NCBI GenBank assembly: GCA_963819655.1
Contig: CAWFXA010000002.1
Coordinates: 1,088,001 to 1,152,000, forward strand
Reading direction: 5' to 3'
From: an uncultured Chloroflexia bacterium
GTDB taxonomy: Bacteria > Chloroflexota > Limnocylindria > Limnocylindrales > CSP1-4
Length of the DNA: 64,000 nucleotides
Part shown: positions 30,784 through 41,678 of the stretch, piece by piece
Layout of the letters: each line of letters starts with the position of its first letter
Numbering within the stretch: position 1 is the stretch's first letter
The notes under the pieces: generated by a model
What the model was told of the DNA's origin: nothing
What the model saw: the letters and a program-made list of their open reading frames with translations, nothing else
The model's database searches: none
Translations under genes and position numbers: made by a program

Positions 30784-30974
30784 CGGTCCTCCTCCGGAGT
30801 CGTCGTCCCCCCGAGCGACTGGACTGGCCTTGACCGCCAACCATGGGCGGCCACCGTCGGTCCGTCAATCTCTGGGTGCCACGAACCTACCCTGTTTCGG
30901 TGTCGGTTGTCACCGTTTTCGTGTCGGAGACGAGCGGTTCCTGACGGTGAGGGCCGGTTGCCGAGCGCCCCGGC

Positions 30975-31895
30975 TCAGCCCTTCAACGCGCCGCTGACGC
31001 CGGCGCCCGACAGGAACAGGCGCTGGAAAAGGAGGAACAGCGCGATCGGGATGAGGCTCGAGATCGTCAGCGCGGCGATGAACACGCCGAGATCCGTCGT
31101 CGGCGCCAGGATCGGCAAACGGACCGACAACGGCTGGAGCTCCGGGTCCCGCAGGACCAGAAGCGGCCACAGGTAATCCTTCCACGTGGCGATGACCGCG
31201 AATACGGAGACGACCCCGAGGATCGGTCGCGACATCGGCAGGACGATCGACCAGAACAGCCGGAACGGGCCCGCGCCATCGACTCGCGCGGCCTCGAAGA
31301 TCTCGCGCGGCAGATTGTCGAAGAAGCGCTTGATCAGGATGATGTTCAGGGCGCTGGCACCCGCCGGCAGCCAGACCGCCCAATACGAGTCGATCAGACG
31401 CCATTCGACGATCGGGACCTTCACGACCGTCAGGTAGAGCGGCACGAGCAGCACGATGGGCGGGACGAACAGCGTCGCGATCACGAGGCCCGTCAGGAGG
31501 CCGCTGAACCGCGGCCGCAACACCGACAGGACGTAGCCGGCCGTCGTCGCGACGACGAGCTGGACGGCCCACGACCCGAATGCGATGGCCACGGTGTTGA
31601 ACAGGTAGCGGTCGATGTGGACCTTGTTCCACGCCGTCGCGAACTGGGTCACGTCGAACCCGTTGGGCCACAGGGCCATCGGCTGGCGCAGGGTGTCGAG
31701 GGTGGGCGTGATCGAGGACTTGAGCATCCACAGGATCGGCCCGAGACCGACCACGATGAGGAAGACCAGCGTGACCACGTGCACGACGCGCACCAGCCAA
31801 CGCGCACGGCGCTGGCTCAGGTCGGCCTTCGACAGGATGCCGCGCTCGGATGACGTCTGACCTGCGGCCGCCCTTGTGCGCCGCAGGCCGCTCAT
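30975..31895 (-). CDS. Carbohydrate ABC permease (MalG-like)
   Basis: EAA motif EIFEAARVDGAG; WKDYLWP. Confidence 0.93.
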   Translation of the reverse strand: MSGLRRTRAAAGQTSSERGILSKADLSQRRARWLVRVVHVVTLVFLIVVGLGPILWMLKSSITPTLDTLRQPMALWPNGFDVTQFATAWNKVHIDRYLFNTVAIAFGSWAVQLVVATTAGYVLSVLRPRFSGLLTGLVIATLFVPPIVLLVPLYLTVVKVPIVEWRLIDSYWAVWLPAGASALNIILIKRFFDNLPREIFEAARVDGAGPFRLFWSIVLPMSRPILGVVSVFAVIATWKDYLWPLLVLRDPELQPLSVRLPILAPTTDLGVFIAALTISSLIPIALFLLFQRLFLSGAGVSGALKG

Positions 31896-32839
31896 GAGTC
31901 GACGCTCCAGCGACGCGTGAGCCAGTAGTAGCCGGCCGTGAACACCGCCAGGAACGCAGCGAGCATCAGGCTCAGCGCCGCCGCCATGCCGTAGTCACCG
32001 CCGAGGCTGTTCTGGAAGGCGTATTTGTAGATGAGCAGCAGCACCGTCATCGTCGAGTTGGCCGGCCCGCCTGCCGTCAGGAGAAGCGGCTCGGTGAAGA
32101 GCTGGGCGGTCGCGATGAGCTGCAGGAGGAGCGTCACGAACAGGACATTGCGGATCTGTGGCAGCGTGATGAACCGGATCTTCTGCCAGATCGATGCGCC
32201 ATCGACCTCGGCCGCGTCGTACAGCTCCGGTCGCACCCCGACCAGGGCAGCGAGATAGATGATGACGGTCGATCCGGCCGCGGCCCAGGTCGCCTCGATG
32301 ACGATCGACGGCATGGCCGTGCCTGCGCTCTGCAGCCACGGCAACGGGCCGAGTCCGAACCACCCCAGGATCGTGTTGAACACCCCGTCGGGCGACGCGT
32401 TGTAGAAGAAGCGCCACAGCAGGACCGACACGACCGGCGGCACGACGACGGGGAGGTACGCCAATGCGCTGTAGACGCCGCGGTAGCGACGGACCTCGCT
32501 CATGACCACGGCCAGGATGATCGGGATCGGGAAACCGAACACCAGGGCCAGGATCGCGAACCAGGCCGTGTTGCGGACCGCGATGCCGAACAGGGGATCG
32601 GCCAGGACGCGCTGGAAGTTCTCGAGGCCGACGTAGATCGGCTCGGACACGAGGTTGGTGTCCTGCACGCTCATCACGAACGCACGCACGATCGGGAACC
32701 AGGCGAACAGCCCGAAGATCACGAGGAACGGCAGCAGGAACACGAGCGTGCTCAGCCCGTCGCGGGTCACCCGGAAGCGCGCGATCCGGTGTCGCACGGT
32801 CAGCTCGCGCGCGGGGGCGACATCAATGATCGAACCCAT
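31892..32839 (-). CDS. Carbohydrate ABC permease (MalF-like)
   Basis: YVGLENF, ELYDAAEVDGAS, ITLPQ. Confidence 0.93.
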   Translation of the reverse strand: MGSIIDVAPARELTVRHRIARFRVTRDGLSTLVFLLPFLVIFGLFAWFPIVRAFVMSVQDTNLVSEPIYVGLENFQRVLADPLFGIAVRNTAWFAILALVFGFPIPIILAVVMSEVRRYRGVYSALAYLPVVVPPVVSVLLWRFFYNASPDGVFNTILGWFGLGPLPWLQSAGTAMPSIVIEATWAAAGSTVIIYLAALVGVRPELYDAAEVDGASIWQKIRFITLPQIRNVLFVTLLLQLIATAQLFTEPLLLTAGGPANSTMTVLLLIYKYAFQNSLGGDYGMAAALSLMLAAFLAVFTAGYYWLTRRWSVDS

Positions 32840-32891
32840 GGCTCCCGATCGTCGGTTCCGTGGCGACGCACGTCGCGTCAAGGATAGAGAT

Positions 32892-32914
32892 GGGCCCCGG
32901 CGTTGCCGGGGCCC
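32892..32914 (-). terminator. Intra-operon stem-loop after the binding-protein gene
   Basis: Perfect GGGCCCCGGC-gtt-GCCGGGGCCC hairpin. Confidence 0.55.
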
Positions 32915-32930
32915 GTGGTGCGCGGTGGAC

Positions 32931-34355
32931 TCAGCCCGCGTCGAGGATGGCCTGGATCTGGGCGTTCGCTCCATCGAGGAGCGCGTTGATGTCGGCGTTC
33001 TGGTCGGTCAGCACGGCCTGGACCACAGGGTCGAGGGCCGCGTACAGCTCCTGGGTATGGGCGACCGGCTCGGTGACGAGCGGCTGGTCGAAGATCTTCG
33101 ACGTGAATGGCGTCATCTGCGCCATCGGCACGTTGATATAGCTCTCGATCCACTTCTGGGACTCGTCGTACGTGGCCTTGTCGAAGATCGGCAGGGACGG
33201 CACGCCGACAGGCTGGTTATTGGCGGTGAGTGCCTTGGCGTCGGCCACGGCGCCTTCCTCGGTCAGCAGCTTCTGGATGTAATAGAAGTCGATCCAGGCG
33301 ACGGCCGCGTCGCGCTCCGCCTCGGTGGTCACGACGTTGACTGCGGCGAGCGTGCCACCGCCGAGGACGCCGGCATTCGGGTCGTTCTCGAGCGGGATGG
33401 TCGCGACGCCGTAGTCGTCGGGCTTGAGGCTCGCGTTCTGGATCATCCAGGTGTACAGGTCGGAGCCGCCGGTGAACATGCCGACCTGGCCGGCCGCGAA
33501 CGCCTGGTTGATGGTGCCCCACGCGTAATCGAAGGTCGCGCCCATCGAGTTGTCTTCCCAGCGCATGGCCTTGAGGCGCTCGAGGACGGCCTTCGTCTTG
33601 TCGTTGTTGACTGTCGCGGTGACCTTGCCGTCAGCCGCAACCTCCTGCATGCGTCCACCCATGGCATATGTCGACGTCGTGAGCTGCCAGCCACCGGTGT
33701 TCTCCGTGGCCATCGATGCGTAACCGGCGACGCCGGTCTTCTCGGCGATGGTCTTGGCGGCCGCGCGGACCTCGTCCCACGTCGCGGGTGGCGCGTCAGG
33801 GTCGAGCCCGGCCTGCGTGAACAGAGTCCGGTTGTAGGTCAGCGACATGCCGTATGCCGCGGTCGGCACAGCGAAGATCTTGCCGCCGGCGTCCTGGCCG
33901 TTGACGAGGACGTTCGGGTTGAACTTGTCGGCGTAGCCGTAGGAGCGGACCCGCTCGTCGATGTCTACGATCTGGTTTTGGGCGATGAGGCCCTTGCCGT
34001 CGGTGAAGGGGATCGTGAATACGTCCGGCAGCGTGCCGGCGGCCAGGGCGGCCGTAAAGGTCGGGGCCGTCCAGTTGTACTCCTCGGGCTCGACCGTGAT
34101 CCAGGGGTTCTTGGCCTCGAACTGGCCGATCTGTTCGTACAGCGCGTCGACCGCCTGCTGGGTGACGCCCGGGCGCAGGGCGCCCACGACGATCGTGACC
34201 GGTTCGCGTTCGGCAGCGCTCGGCGCAGCCGACGCGCTCGGTGCCGCTGACGGAGCGGCGCTGGGGGTGGCGCCGCCACAGGCGGCAAGCACGGTGGCGG
34301 TGGTGACGACGAACGCCGCCAGGACCGACGCCGTGCGTCGGGTAGTGGACCGCAT
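32931..34355 (-). CDS. Carbohydrate ABC substrate-binding lipoprotein (family 1)
   Basis: AGAGGAG RBS, lipobox VLAAC, PDVF, YNRTLFTQAGLDP..PPATWDE. Confidence 0.92.
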   Translation of the reverse strand: MRSTTRRTASVLAAFVVTTATVLAACGGATPSAAPSAAPSASAAPSAAEREPVTIVVGALRPGVTQQAVDALYEQIGQFEAKNPWITVEPEEYNWTAPTFTAALAAGTLPDVFTIPFTDGKGLIAQNQIVDIDERVRSYGYADKFNPNVLVNGQDAGGKIFAVPTAAYGMSLTYNRTLFTQAGLDPDAPPATWDEVRAAAKTIAEKTGVAGYASMATENTGGWQLTTSTYAMGGRMQEVAADGKVTATVNNDKTKAVLERLKAMRWEDNSMGATFDYAWGTINQAFAAGQVGMFTGGSDLYTWMIQNASLKPDDYGVATIPLENDPNAGVLGGGTLAAVNVVTTEAERDAAVAWIDFYYIQKLLTEEGAVADAKALTANNQPVGVPSLPIFDKATYDESQKWIESYINVPMAQMTPFTSKIFDQPLVTEPVAHTQELYAALDPVVQAVLTDQNADINALLDGANAQIQAILDAG

Positions 34356-34452
34356 CGCGTTCTCCTCTCGACTTCCCATCCAAAGCGATGGGTGGCTGGC
34401 CTGTCAACGTCCGGCGGTCGACCCGTGGTCCGGGTGGTCGCCACCGAACCCT

Positions 34453-36228
34453 TCAGCGATCGTCGGCGGGCACCCTCCTTGCTGGGTCCGTCGGCTCGTC
34501 ACGGTCCGGGCGCAGCCAGACCGTCGCGTCGGGCGGAAGGTGACCCTCCGAGACATCCGCGCTTGCCAGCAGGACCGCTTCATGAGGCGGTAGTGGCAGC
34601 GCGTCGCTGGACAGGTTGGTGATGCTGATGAAGTCCTGGCCCCGCGCGAATGCGAGGACGTCGGGTGCCGACGCCAGCCATTCGAGCGGCCCGTCCCCGA
34701 GGCCGGGTTCGGCTCGCCTGAGGCGCAGCGCCGTCCGATACAGGCTGAGCATGGACCCGGGATCGATGTCCTGCTGCGAGACCGTCAGCCCGGCCCAATG
34801 GGCGGGCTGGCTGAGCCAGGGATCACGATCGGCACCCGCAGGGCTGAAGCCGAACGGCGCGGCCGTCCCATCCCAGGGCAGGGGTACCCGGCAGCCGTCC
34901 CGACCGGGATCGACACCGCCGGACCGAGCGTGCATCGGATCCTGGATCTCGTGGAGCGGCACCTCCACCTCGTCCAGCCCGAGCTCGTCGCCCTGGTAGA
35001 TGTAGAGGGAGCCGGGCAGGGCCGCCGTGAGGAGTGCGGCAGCCCTGGCCCGGCGGCGCCCGAGCGCGGTGTCGGTGGGGGATCCGAACCGCTTGCGGGC
35101 GAATGCGAAAGAGGAGTCCGCCCGGCCGTACCGCGTCACCGGGCGCGTGACGTCGTGGTTGGACAGCACCCACGTGGCCGGTGCGCCGACCGGCGCGTGG
35201 GCGGCGAGCGTCGCGTCGATCGACTGCCGCAGGCTGGCCGTGTTCCAGGGCCGGGCCATGAAGTCGAAGTTGAACGCCGTGTGGAGCTCGTCCGGTCGGA
35301 GGTAGAGGGCGAACCGCTCGATGTCCTCGATCCACACCTCGCCGACCAGCACCCGCGTGCCGGGGTAGCTGTCGGCCACGGCGCGCCAACTTCGGTAGAT
35401 GTCGTGGAGCTCATCGCGATCGTGGATCGGGTGGGCGCCCGGCGCCGGATCGTCCGGCACCTCGGGCATCGTCGGGTCCTTGACGAGCAGCGCCGCGGAG
35501 TCGATGCGCACACCGGCGGCCCCGCGGTCGAACCAGAAGCGCAGGATCGCCTCGTGCTCCGCGCGGACGTCCGGGTGATCCCAATTGAGATCCGGCTGTT
35601 CCGCCGTGAACAGGTGCAGGTACCACTCGCCGGGCGCGCCGTCCGGGTCGGTCGTCCGGGTCCAGGTGCGGCCGCCCTTGAACTCCGACGGCCAGCCGGT
35701 CGGTGGCTCCGTGCCGTCGGCACCGCGCCCGGGACGGAACCAGAAGCGCTCCCGTTCAGCGGATCCCGATCCCGTGGCGAGTGCGCTCTGGAACCACGGG
35801 TGCTGGTCGGAGACATGGTTGGGAACGATGTCGATGATCGTCCGGATGCCGAGCGCGAGGGCATCGGCGATGAGTGCCTCGGCTTCGGCGAGGGTGCCGA
35901 AGGCGGGATCGATGGCCCGGTAGTCGGCGACGTCGTAGCCGCCGTCGGCCAGCGGCGAGACGTACCAGGGCGTGAACCAGATCGCGTCGACCCCGAGGTC
36001 GCGGAGGTAGGGGAGGCGGCTCCGGACCCCGGCCAGGTCGCCGGTCCCGTCCCCGTTCGCGTCGGCGAAGCTGCGGACGTAGACCTGGTAGATCACGGCG
36101 CTGCGCCACCATGCGGGATCGTCGCGGGGGACGAGCGCGCGGTCGGCCGGGTCGAGCTGGCGCTCGCGGGTGGCCGGTGCGACGAGCGTCGGGAGCGTGG
36201 CGAGATCGGCCATCGCCGGTTCTGTCAC
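34453..36228 (-). CDS. GH13 alpha-glucosidase
   Basis: WWRSAVIYQVYVRSF, DIVPNH, QPDLNW, VRIDSA, LSNHD, RDGCRVP. Confidence 0.95.
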   Translation of the reverse strand: MTEPAMADLATLPTLVAPATRERQLDPADRALVPRDDPAWWRSAVIYQVYVRSFADANGDGTGDLAGVRSRLPYLRDLGVDAIWFTPWYVSPLADGGYDVADYRAIDPAFGTLAEAEALIADALALGIRTIIDIVPNHVSDQHPWFQSALATGSGSAERERFWFRPGRGADGTEPPTGWPSEFKGGRTWTRTTDPDGAPGEWYLHLFTAEQPDLNWDHPDVRAEHEAILRFWFDRGAAGVRIDSAALLVKDPTMPEVPDDPAPGAHPIHDRDELHDIYRSWRAVADSYPGTRVLVGEVWIEDIERFALYLRPDELHTAFNFDFMARPWNTASLRQSIDATLAAHAPVGAPATWVLSNHDVTRPVTRYGRADSSFAFARKRFGSPTDTALGRRRARAAALLTAALPGSLYIYQGDELGLDEVEVPLHEIQDPMHARSGGVDPGRDGCRVPLPWDGTAAPFGFSPAGADRDPWLSQPAHWAGLTVSQQDIDPGSMLSLYRTALRLRRAEPGLGDGPLEWLASAPDVLAFARGQDFISITNLSSDALPLPPHEAVLLASADVSEGHLPPDATVWLRPDRDEPTDPARRVPADDR

Positions 36229-36308
36229 GTCGATCCTTCCTGCAACCAGCGGATCGGTGCGGCAACGTGCCGCGGCGTTGCGGCAACGTAGCGCATTCGA
36301 CGATGCAA

Positions 36309-36322
36309 TGCAAGAACTTGAC
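36309..36322. promoter_or_regulatory. Putative LacI-family operator upstream of the glucosidase operon
   Basis: TGCAAGAACTTGAC; related sites upstream of the lacI gene. Confidence 0.5.
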
Positions 36323-36395
36323 AGAAAGTTGTTGATAACTCGACTGGAACGCCGATGGCGAGATCAGCGGTGGCACGCCGCGCGCCGCGCGGCAG

Positions 36396-37409
36396 TCAGC
36401 GAGCGGCGGCAGCGGTTCCCGTGGAGCCGCGGACGACCAGCTCCGGCTCGAACAGGAGCTCGTCGTGCGTGACAGGTGTCCCCGAGATCTGCCCGTTGAG
36501 GAGCTCGATCACCATGCGGCCCATCGGCTCGATCGGTTGGCGCACCGTCGTTAGCGGGGGCTCGGTGCAATTCATCAATGCCGAGTCGTCGAACCCGACG
36601 ACCGAGACGTCACCAGGCACGCTCAGCCCGGCGCGACGGACCGCTCGGATCGCACCGAGCGCCATCGGGTCGCTGGCGCAGATGATCCCCGTGATCCCCC
36701 GCGCGAGTAGACGCACCGCAGCAGCTTGAGCCGCCTCGAGCGAGTAGAGCGCGTGCGCGATGTCGTCCGTGCCGATCGTCAGGCCCGCGGCGGTCGCGAT
36801 CCGGCGAGCGCGGTCGATCTTGCGCCGGGACGGGACGTGGTCTCGTGGCCCCATGAGCAGCCCGATCCGTGTGTGGCCGAGCGAGATCAGGTGGCCCATC
36901 GCCTGTTCGACGGCCACCGCGTCGTCGCACGACACGCGCGGGAACGGCAGCCCATCGATGCCGGCGTTGACGAGGACCGTCGGCAGGCCGCGCTCCGCAA
37001 GCCGGCGGTAATGCCCGTGCGGCGCGTCTGCCTGGGCGTAGAGACCGCCGGCGAAAACGACCCCGGAGACCTGTTGTTGCAGGAGCAGGTCGACGTAGTC
37101 GGCCTCCGAGACGCCGCCCACGGTCTGGGTGCACAGGACCGGCGTGAAGCCCTGCTGGGCGAGGGCACCGGACACGACCTCGGCGAACGCCGGGAAGATG
37201 GGGTTCTGGAGCTCCGGCAGGACCAGGCCGACGAGGCGGGCGCGTTCACCGCGAAGCTTGGATGGGCGCTCGTAGCCGAGGACGTCGAGCGCCGTCAGGA
37301 CCGCCTGGCGGGTCGATTCCGAGACGCCCGGCTTCTCGTTCAGGACGCGGCTGACGGTCGCTTCACTGACTCCGACCTTGCGTGCGACGTCGGCGAGACG
37401 GTTGGCCAT
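36396..37409 (-). CDS. LacI family transcriptional regulator
   Basis: LADVARKVGVSEATVSRVLN, VVGFDD, LTTVRQP. Confidence 0.96.
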   Translation of the reverse strand: MANRLADVARKVGVSEATVSRVLNEKPGVSESTRQAVLTALDVLGYERPSKLRGERARLVGLVLPELQNPIFPAFAEVVSGALAQQGFTPVLCTQTVGGVSEADYVDLLLQQQVSGVVFAGGLYAQADAPHGHYRRLAERGLPTVLVNAGIDGLPFPRVSCDDAVAVEQAMGHLISLGHTRIGLLMGPRDHVPSRRKIDRARRIATAAGLTIGTDDIAHALYSLEAAQAAAVRLLARGITGIICASDPMALGAIRAVRRAGLSVPGDVSVVGFDDSALMNCTEPPLTTVRQPIEPMGRMVIELLNGQISGTPVTHDELLFEPELVVRGSTGTAAAAR

Positions 37410-37431
37410 GCCGCAATGGTACGCACATCAA

Positions 37432-37456
37432 CGCAAGTCTTTGCAAGTTTCTTGCG
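37432..37456. promoter_or_regulatory. Overlapping LacI-type operator sites (autoregulation)
   Basis: GCAAGTCTTTGC and GCAAGTTTCTTGC just upstream of the TACCAT -10 box. Confidence 0.5.
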
Positions 37457-37468
37457 TGGACGGCTCTC

Positions 37469-40044
37469 TCAGGCGTCCCGGAGGACGATGTTGATGAGCT
37501 TGCCTCCGCCGGCCGTGATGACGCGATCGGGCGTTCGGCCAGCCAGGATCGCGGCGATCTTCGGGCTGGCCAGGACCTCGGACTCGAGCTGCTCCGGCGT
37601 GGCATCGGCAGCCACAATGACCTTGTCGCGCAGCTTGCCGTTGACCTGGACCGGCACCTCGCGAACCGACACGGTGATTGCCGTTTCGTCGATCTCAGGC
37701 CACCGCTCCTCGTGGATCGACGACCAGGGTCGGCCGGCGGCCTCGGCCCCCCGGGCCCAGATCTCCTCCGTGATGTGCGGGGCGGCGGGAGCCAGCATCA
37801 ACAACAGCAGCCGGATCGCCTCATCCCACTCCGCGTCGCCGGCGACGGGACTGCCGCGGTAGCGGTACAGCGTGTTCGACAGCTCCATCAGCTTCGCGAT
37901 CATCGTGTTGAAGCGGAAGCCTTCGTAGTCCTCGGTGACGTCGCGCAGGGTCCGATGGGCCGCGGCCCGGATCGTGGCCGCCGCATCGGCGGCGCTTTCA
38001 CCGGCCGGCAGTCGACCGGCATCCGGGTCGCCGTGCTCGCGGCCGTGCGGATCGATCGCCAGCGTCCAGACCCGGTTCAGGAAGCGGTGGACCCCGCCGA
38101 TCCCCGTGGGGCTCCACGGGCCGCCCTGATCCCACGGGCCCATGAACATCAGGAACAGGCGGACCGTGTCGGCGCCGTACTGCTCGACCAGCGCGTCGGG
38201 GTCCTCGACGTTGCCGCGGGACTTCGACATGCGCTCGCCGTCGGCGCCCAGGATCTGCCCCTGGTTGAACAGGCGGCGGAACGGCTCGTGGTCGGCGATC
38301 AGGCCACAGTCCCGCATCGCCTTCGTCCAGAACCGGCTGTACAGCAGGTGCATCACGGCGTGCTCGGCACCACCCGTGTACTGGTCGACCGGCGTCCAGA
38401 TGTCGGCCATCTCGCGGTCGACCGGGCCGTCTATCTTGTCGGGCGACAGGTAGCGATACCAGTACCACGACGAATCGACGAATGTGTCCATGGTGTCGGT
38501 CTCGCGCCGGGCCGGCTCCCCGCAGATCGGGCAGGCAACGTTCAGAAACGCCTCGTCCTTGGTCAACGGGTTCGTCCCGCTGCCGTGATAGTCGACATCC
38601 TCTGGCAGCCGGACCGGCAGGTCCTCGTCGGGCACTGGCACGATGCCGTCGCGCCCGCAGTAGACGACCGGGATCGGCGTGCCCCAGTAGCGCTGGCGAC
38701 TGATCAACCAGTCGCGCAATCGATAGGTGACCTTCGGCTCGGCCTTGCCCTCTTCGGCCAGCCACTCGACGATCCCCCGGCCGCCCTCGTCGGCGGGCAT
38801 GCCGTCGAAGCGACCGCTGTTGACCAACCGCTCGCCTGCGGTGTGCGCGACGTAGGCGTCGGTCATCGGATCGCCGGCCTCGGTGCCGGGAGCTGCCACG
38901 ACACGCCGGATCGGCAGCCCGAACTGGCGAGCAAACGCGAAGTCACGCTCGTCGTGGGCCGGCACCGCCATGATCGCGCCGGTCCCATAGCCCGCGAGGA
39001 CGTAGTCCGCCACGAAGATCGGGATGCGCTCCTCGTTGACCGGGTTGATCGCGTCGGCGCCGAGTGCGACGCCCGTCTTTTCGCGGTCGGTCGACAGCCG
39101 GTCGATCTCGGTTCGCCGGCTTGCCTGCGACGATATAGGCGTCCACCTCGGCCTTTCGGTCGGGGGCGGTCAGCGCCGGCACGAGCGGGTGCTCGGGAGC
39201 CAGGACCATGAACGTGGCGCCGAACAGCGTGTCGGGCCGCGTCGTGAACGACCCGCAGCTCTTCGCCGCCCGGATGATGGTCGGCTGGCGCGGTCTCGAA
39301 CACGATCTCAGCCCCCTCCGACCGCCCGATCCAGTTCGTCTGCTGGATCTTGATCGGCTCGGGCCAGTCGATGCCCTCGAACGACAGCAGCTCGTCGGCG
39401 TAGTCGGTCGTCTTCAGGTACCACTGGTCGAGCTCGCGCTTCTCGACCAGTTCACCGCACCGCCAGCAGCGTCGTTCCGGGCCGACGACCTGCTCGCGGG
39501 CCAGGGTGCCGTCGTTGGGGCACCAGTCGACCGCCGACTTGGCACGGTACGCCAGGCCCTTCTCCAGGAAGCGCAGGAACAGCCACTGGTTCCACATGTA
39601 ATAGCTCGGGTCGGCGGTGACGACCTCGTGCTTCCAGCTGAACGTCGAGCCCATCGTGCGGAACTGGCGACGCATGTTCTCGATGTTGGCCATCGTCCAG
39701 GAGAACGGGTGGCCGCCCGACTTGATCGCGGCGTTCTCGGCGGGCAGCCCGAACGCATCGAAGCCGATCGGGAAGAACACGTTGAAGCCATGCATCCGCC
39801 GGAACCGTGCCAGCGCATCGCTGGGGGTGACGATGTACCAGTGACCGATGTGCAGGTCGCCCGATGGATAGGGGTACATCGTCAACATGTAGTACTTGGG
39901 CCGGCTCGCGTCGCGCAGGTCCGTCTCGTACAGGCCGAGCTCCGCCCAGCGCGCCTGCCAGCGCGGCTCGATGGCGAGGGGGTCGTAGCGCTCGACCCTG
40001 GTTCGGCTGTCGGCGGTCTCGGTCACGTTGTGCGGGTCTCTCAT
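37469..40044 (-). CDS. leuS: Leucine--tRNA ligase; apparent frameshifts near 39250 and 39130
   Basis: [54 protein letters not shown]. Confidence 0.97.
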
Positions 40045-40106
40045 GGTCGCTGGATACGGTTCACCCCCCGCCGTCGGCGAGGGGTGATGGTCGGCGGTTC
40101 GTCGGC

Positions 40107-40182
40107 TGGTGGAGCTACGGGGACTCGAACCCCGGACCCCCTGCATGCCATGCAGGTGCTCTTCCAGCTGAGCTATAGCCCC
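40107..40182 (-). tRNA. tRNA-Ala (GGC)
   Basis: GGGGCTATAGCTCAG...CCTGC-ATGGCAT-GCAGG...GTTCGAG...CTCCACCA, 76 nt, G3:U70 pair. Confidence 0.97.
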
Positions 40183-40235
40183 ACGGAGGGCGGATTGTAG
40201 CAGAGGACCTCGTTCGATCCGGCGCCGAGCGAGGC

Positions 40236-41678
40236 TCAGCCGCCGACGCGCAGAGGCATCTCGTACACCGCTCCGAAGCTGTCGCTGCCTTTCGTCGCGT
40301 TGAGGCTGACGCGGACGATCCAGTCGCCCGGTGGAAGCATCCCGACCGACATGGTCACGCGCTCACCGCCATCCTCGACGAAGCCCACGTCGTTGACCTC
40401 GACGGCCGTCGGGTCCGTCCGGACGATCGCCCGATCCAGCGCCTCGACGCGTATCTGGCCGACCCGCCAGCCGTCCGTGAGCGTGAACGTCACGTCGGAA
40501 CCTGTCGGCACACCCACCACGGCGGCGCCATCGTGGGCGGAGTAGACGGCGCCGCACGAGTCACCCTGATCGCCGTGGCTGACACACGTCGCCGGTCCGG
40601 AGGTCGGACTCCCCTCCATGTCCGCGCCAGCCCACATGCCGAGCGACGGCGGGATGAACGACGGTGTCCCATGTGGGTCGGTGATGACGAGATGCCACGA
40701 GTTCCCCGGGTCCGTCGTGACGAACACCGTCGAGTCGTTCGATGGCAGCCCGATGGACGACTCGAACCCGAGCGCCGCGCCGTCACATGGCACGTCACCC
40801 GCGTCGATGAAGTCGCGCGTGCCCTCGGCGCCGATGGTCCAGCGCGCCGATCCCGTCCCGATGCAGACCATGGCGACGCGGTACACCCCCCGCGGCGGGA
40901 CGCTGCCGGCACCGCCTGCGCCTGGCGTACCGCTCGGCTCGACCCCGGCGTCGACGCGAGTGTCGAGCACGACCGTGCCGACTGGTACTGCAAACGCCGG
41001 CAGGGCGGTCGGTGCCGGATCGTTCGTGAATCCGAAGGACTCGACGAGGATCCGATATTGGGTCCGACTGGTGGCGTGGACGAGCAACTGGTCGGCGACC
41101 AGTGGCTGCATCGCGGCGAGGTCGTAGCGGAACGAGTGGATCGCGTTGTCGCAAGTGACGGTCTCCCCGGCGATCGACGTTCGATCCGGGGCGATACCCC
41201 AGGTGATCTCGACGGGATCTGGCCCGGAGCACACGAACTTGACCCCGGCTTCCCGTGCCTCCATCCGGACGCCGTCGAAGGCCGCGGCCTCGGGGACGAT
41301 CTCCGTCGAGCTCGGATCGCCCTGCTGGGTCATGACATCGAAGTCGACCGATCCGACCGTCGGTTCGAGGGCGGGCAGCAGATCAACCGGACCGCTGGTG
41401 GGCTTCAGGCTCGGCAAGACGGCCGAGGGGCCGACCGTCGGCTGTGGGGTCGCCGCGACATCGGGTCCGCGGAACGGACCGATGGCGATCGTGAACGCCG
41501 TCCCGACCGCGATCGCGGCGACGCCCGCGGCGAGCAGCCCGAACCGGCGGTTGTTTCGGTCGCGCCGGCGCAGGACGAGCCTCCGCTCGAGCTCGTCTGT
41601 GGTGACGGTCAGCGGCAGCGAGGCGGCCTCGGAGTGGAGCGTCGAGCGGAGTCGCTCTTCGATCGTCTTGTCATGCAT
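40236..41678 (-). CDS. Single-TM protein coupled to an ECF sigma factor (anti-sigma-like)
   Basis: IEERLRSTL N-terminus, basic stretch + TM helix, Pro-rich linker, Cys-containing external domains. Confidence 0.65.
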   Translation of the reverse strand: MHDKTIEERLRSTLHSEAASLPLTVTTDELERRLVLRRRDRNNRRFGLLAAGVAAIAVGTAFTIAIGPFRGPDVAATPQPTVGPSAVLPSLKPTSGPVDLLPALEPTVGSVDFDVMTQQGDPSSTEIVPEAAAFDGVRMEAREAGVKFVCSGPDPVEITWGIAPDRTSIAGETVTCDNAIHSFRYDLAAMQPLVADQLLVHATSRTQYRILVESFGFTNDPAPTALPAFAVPVGTVVLDTRVDAGVEPSGTPGAGGAGSVPPRGVYRVAMVCIGTGSARWTIGAEGTRDFIDAGDVPCDGAALGFESSIGLPSNDSTVFVTTDPGNSWHLVITDPHGTPSFIPPSLGMWAGADMEGSPTSGPATCVSHGDQGDSCGAVYSAHDGAAVVGVPTGSDVTFTLTDGWRVGQIRVEALDRAIVRTDPTAVEVNDVGFVEDGGERVTMSVGMLPPGDWIVRVSLNATKGSDSFGAVYEMPLRVGG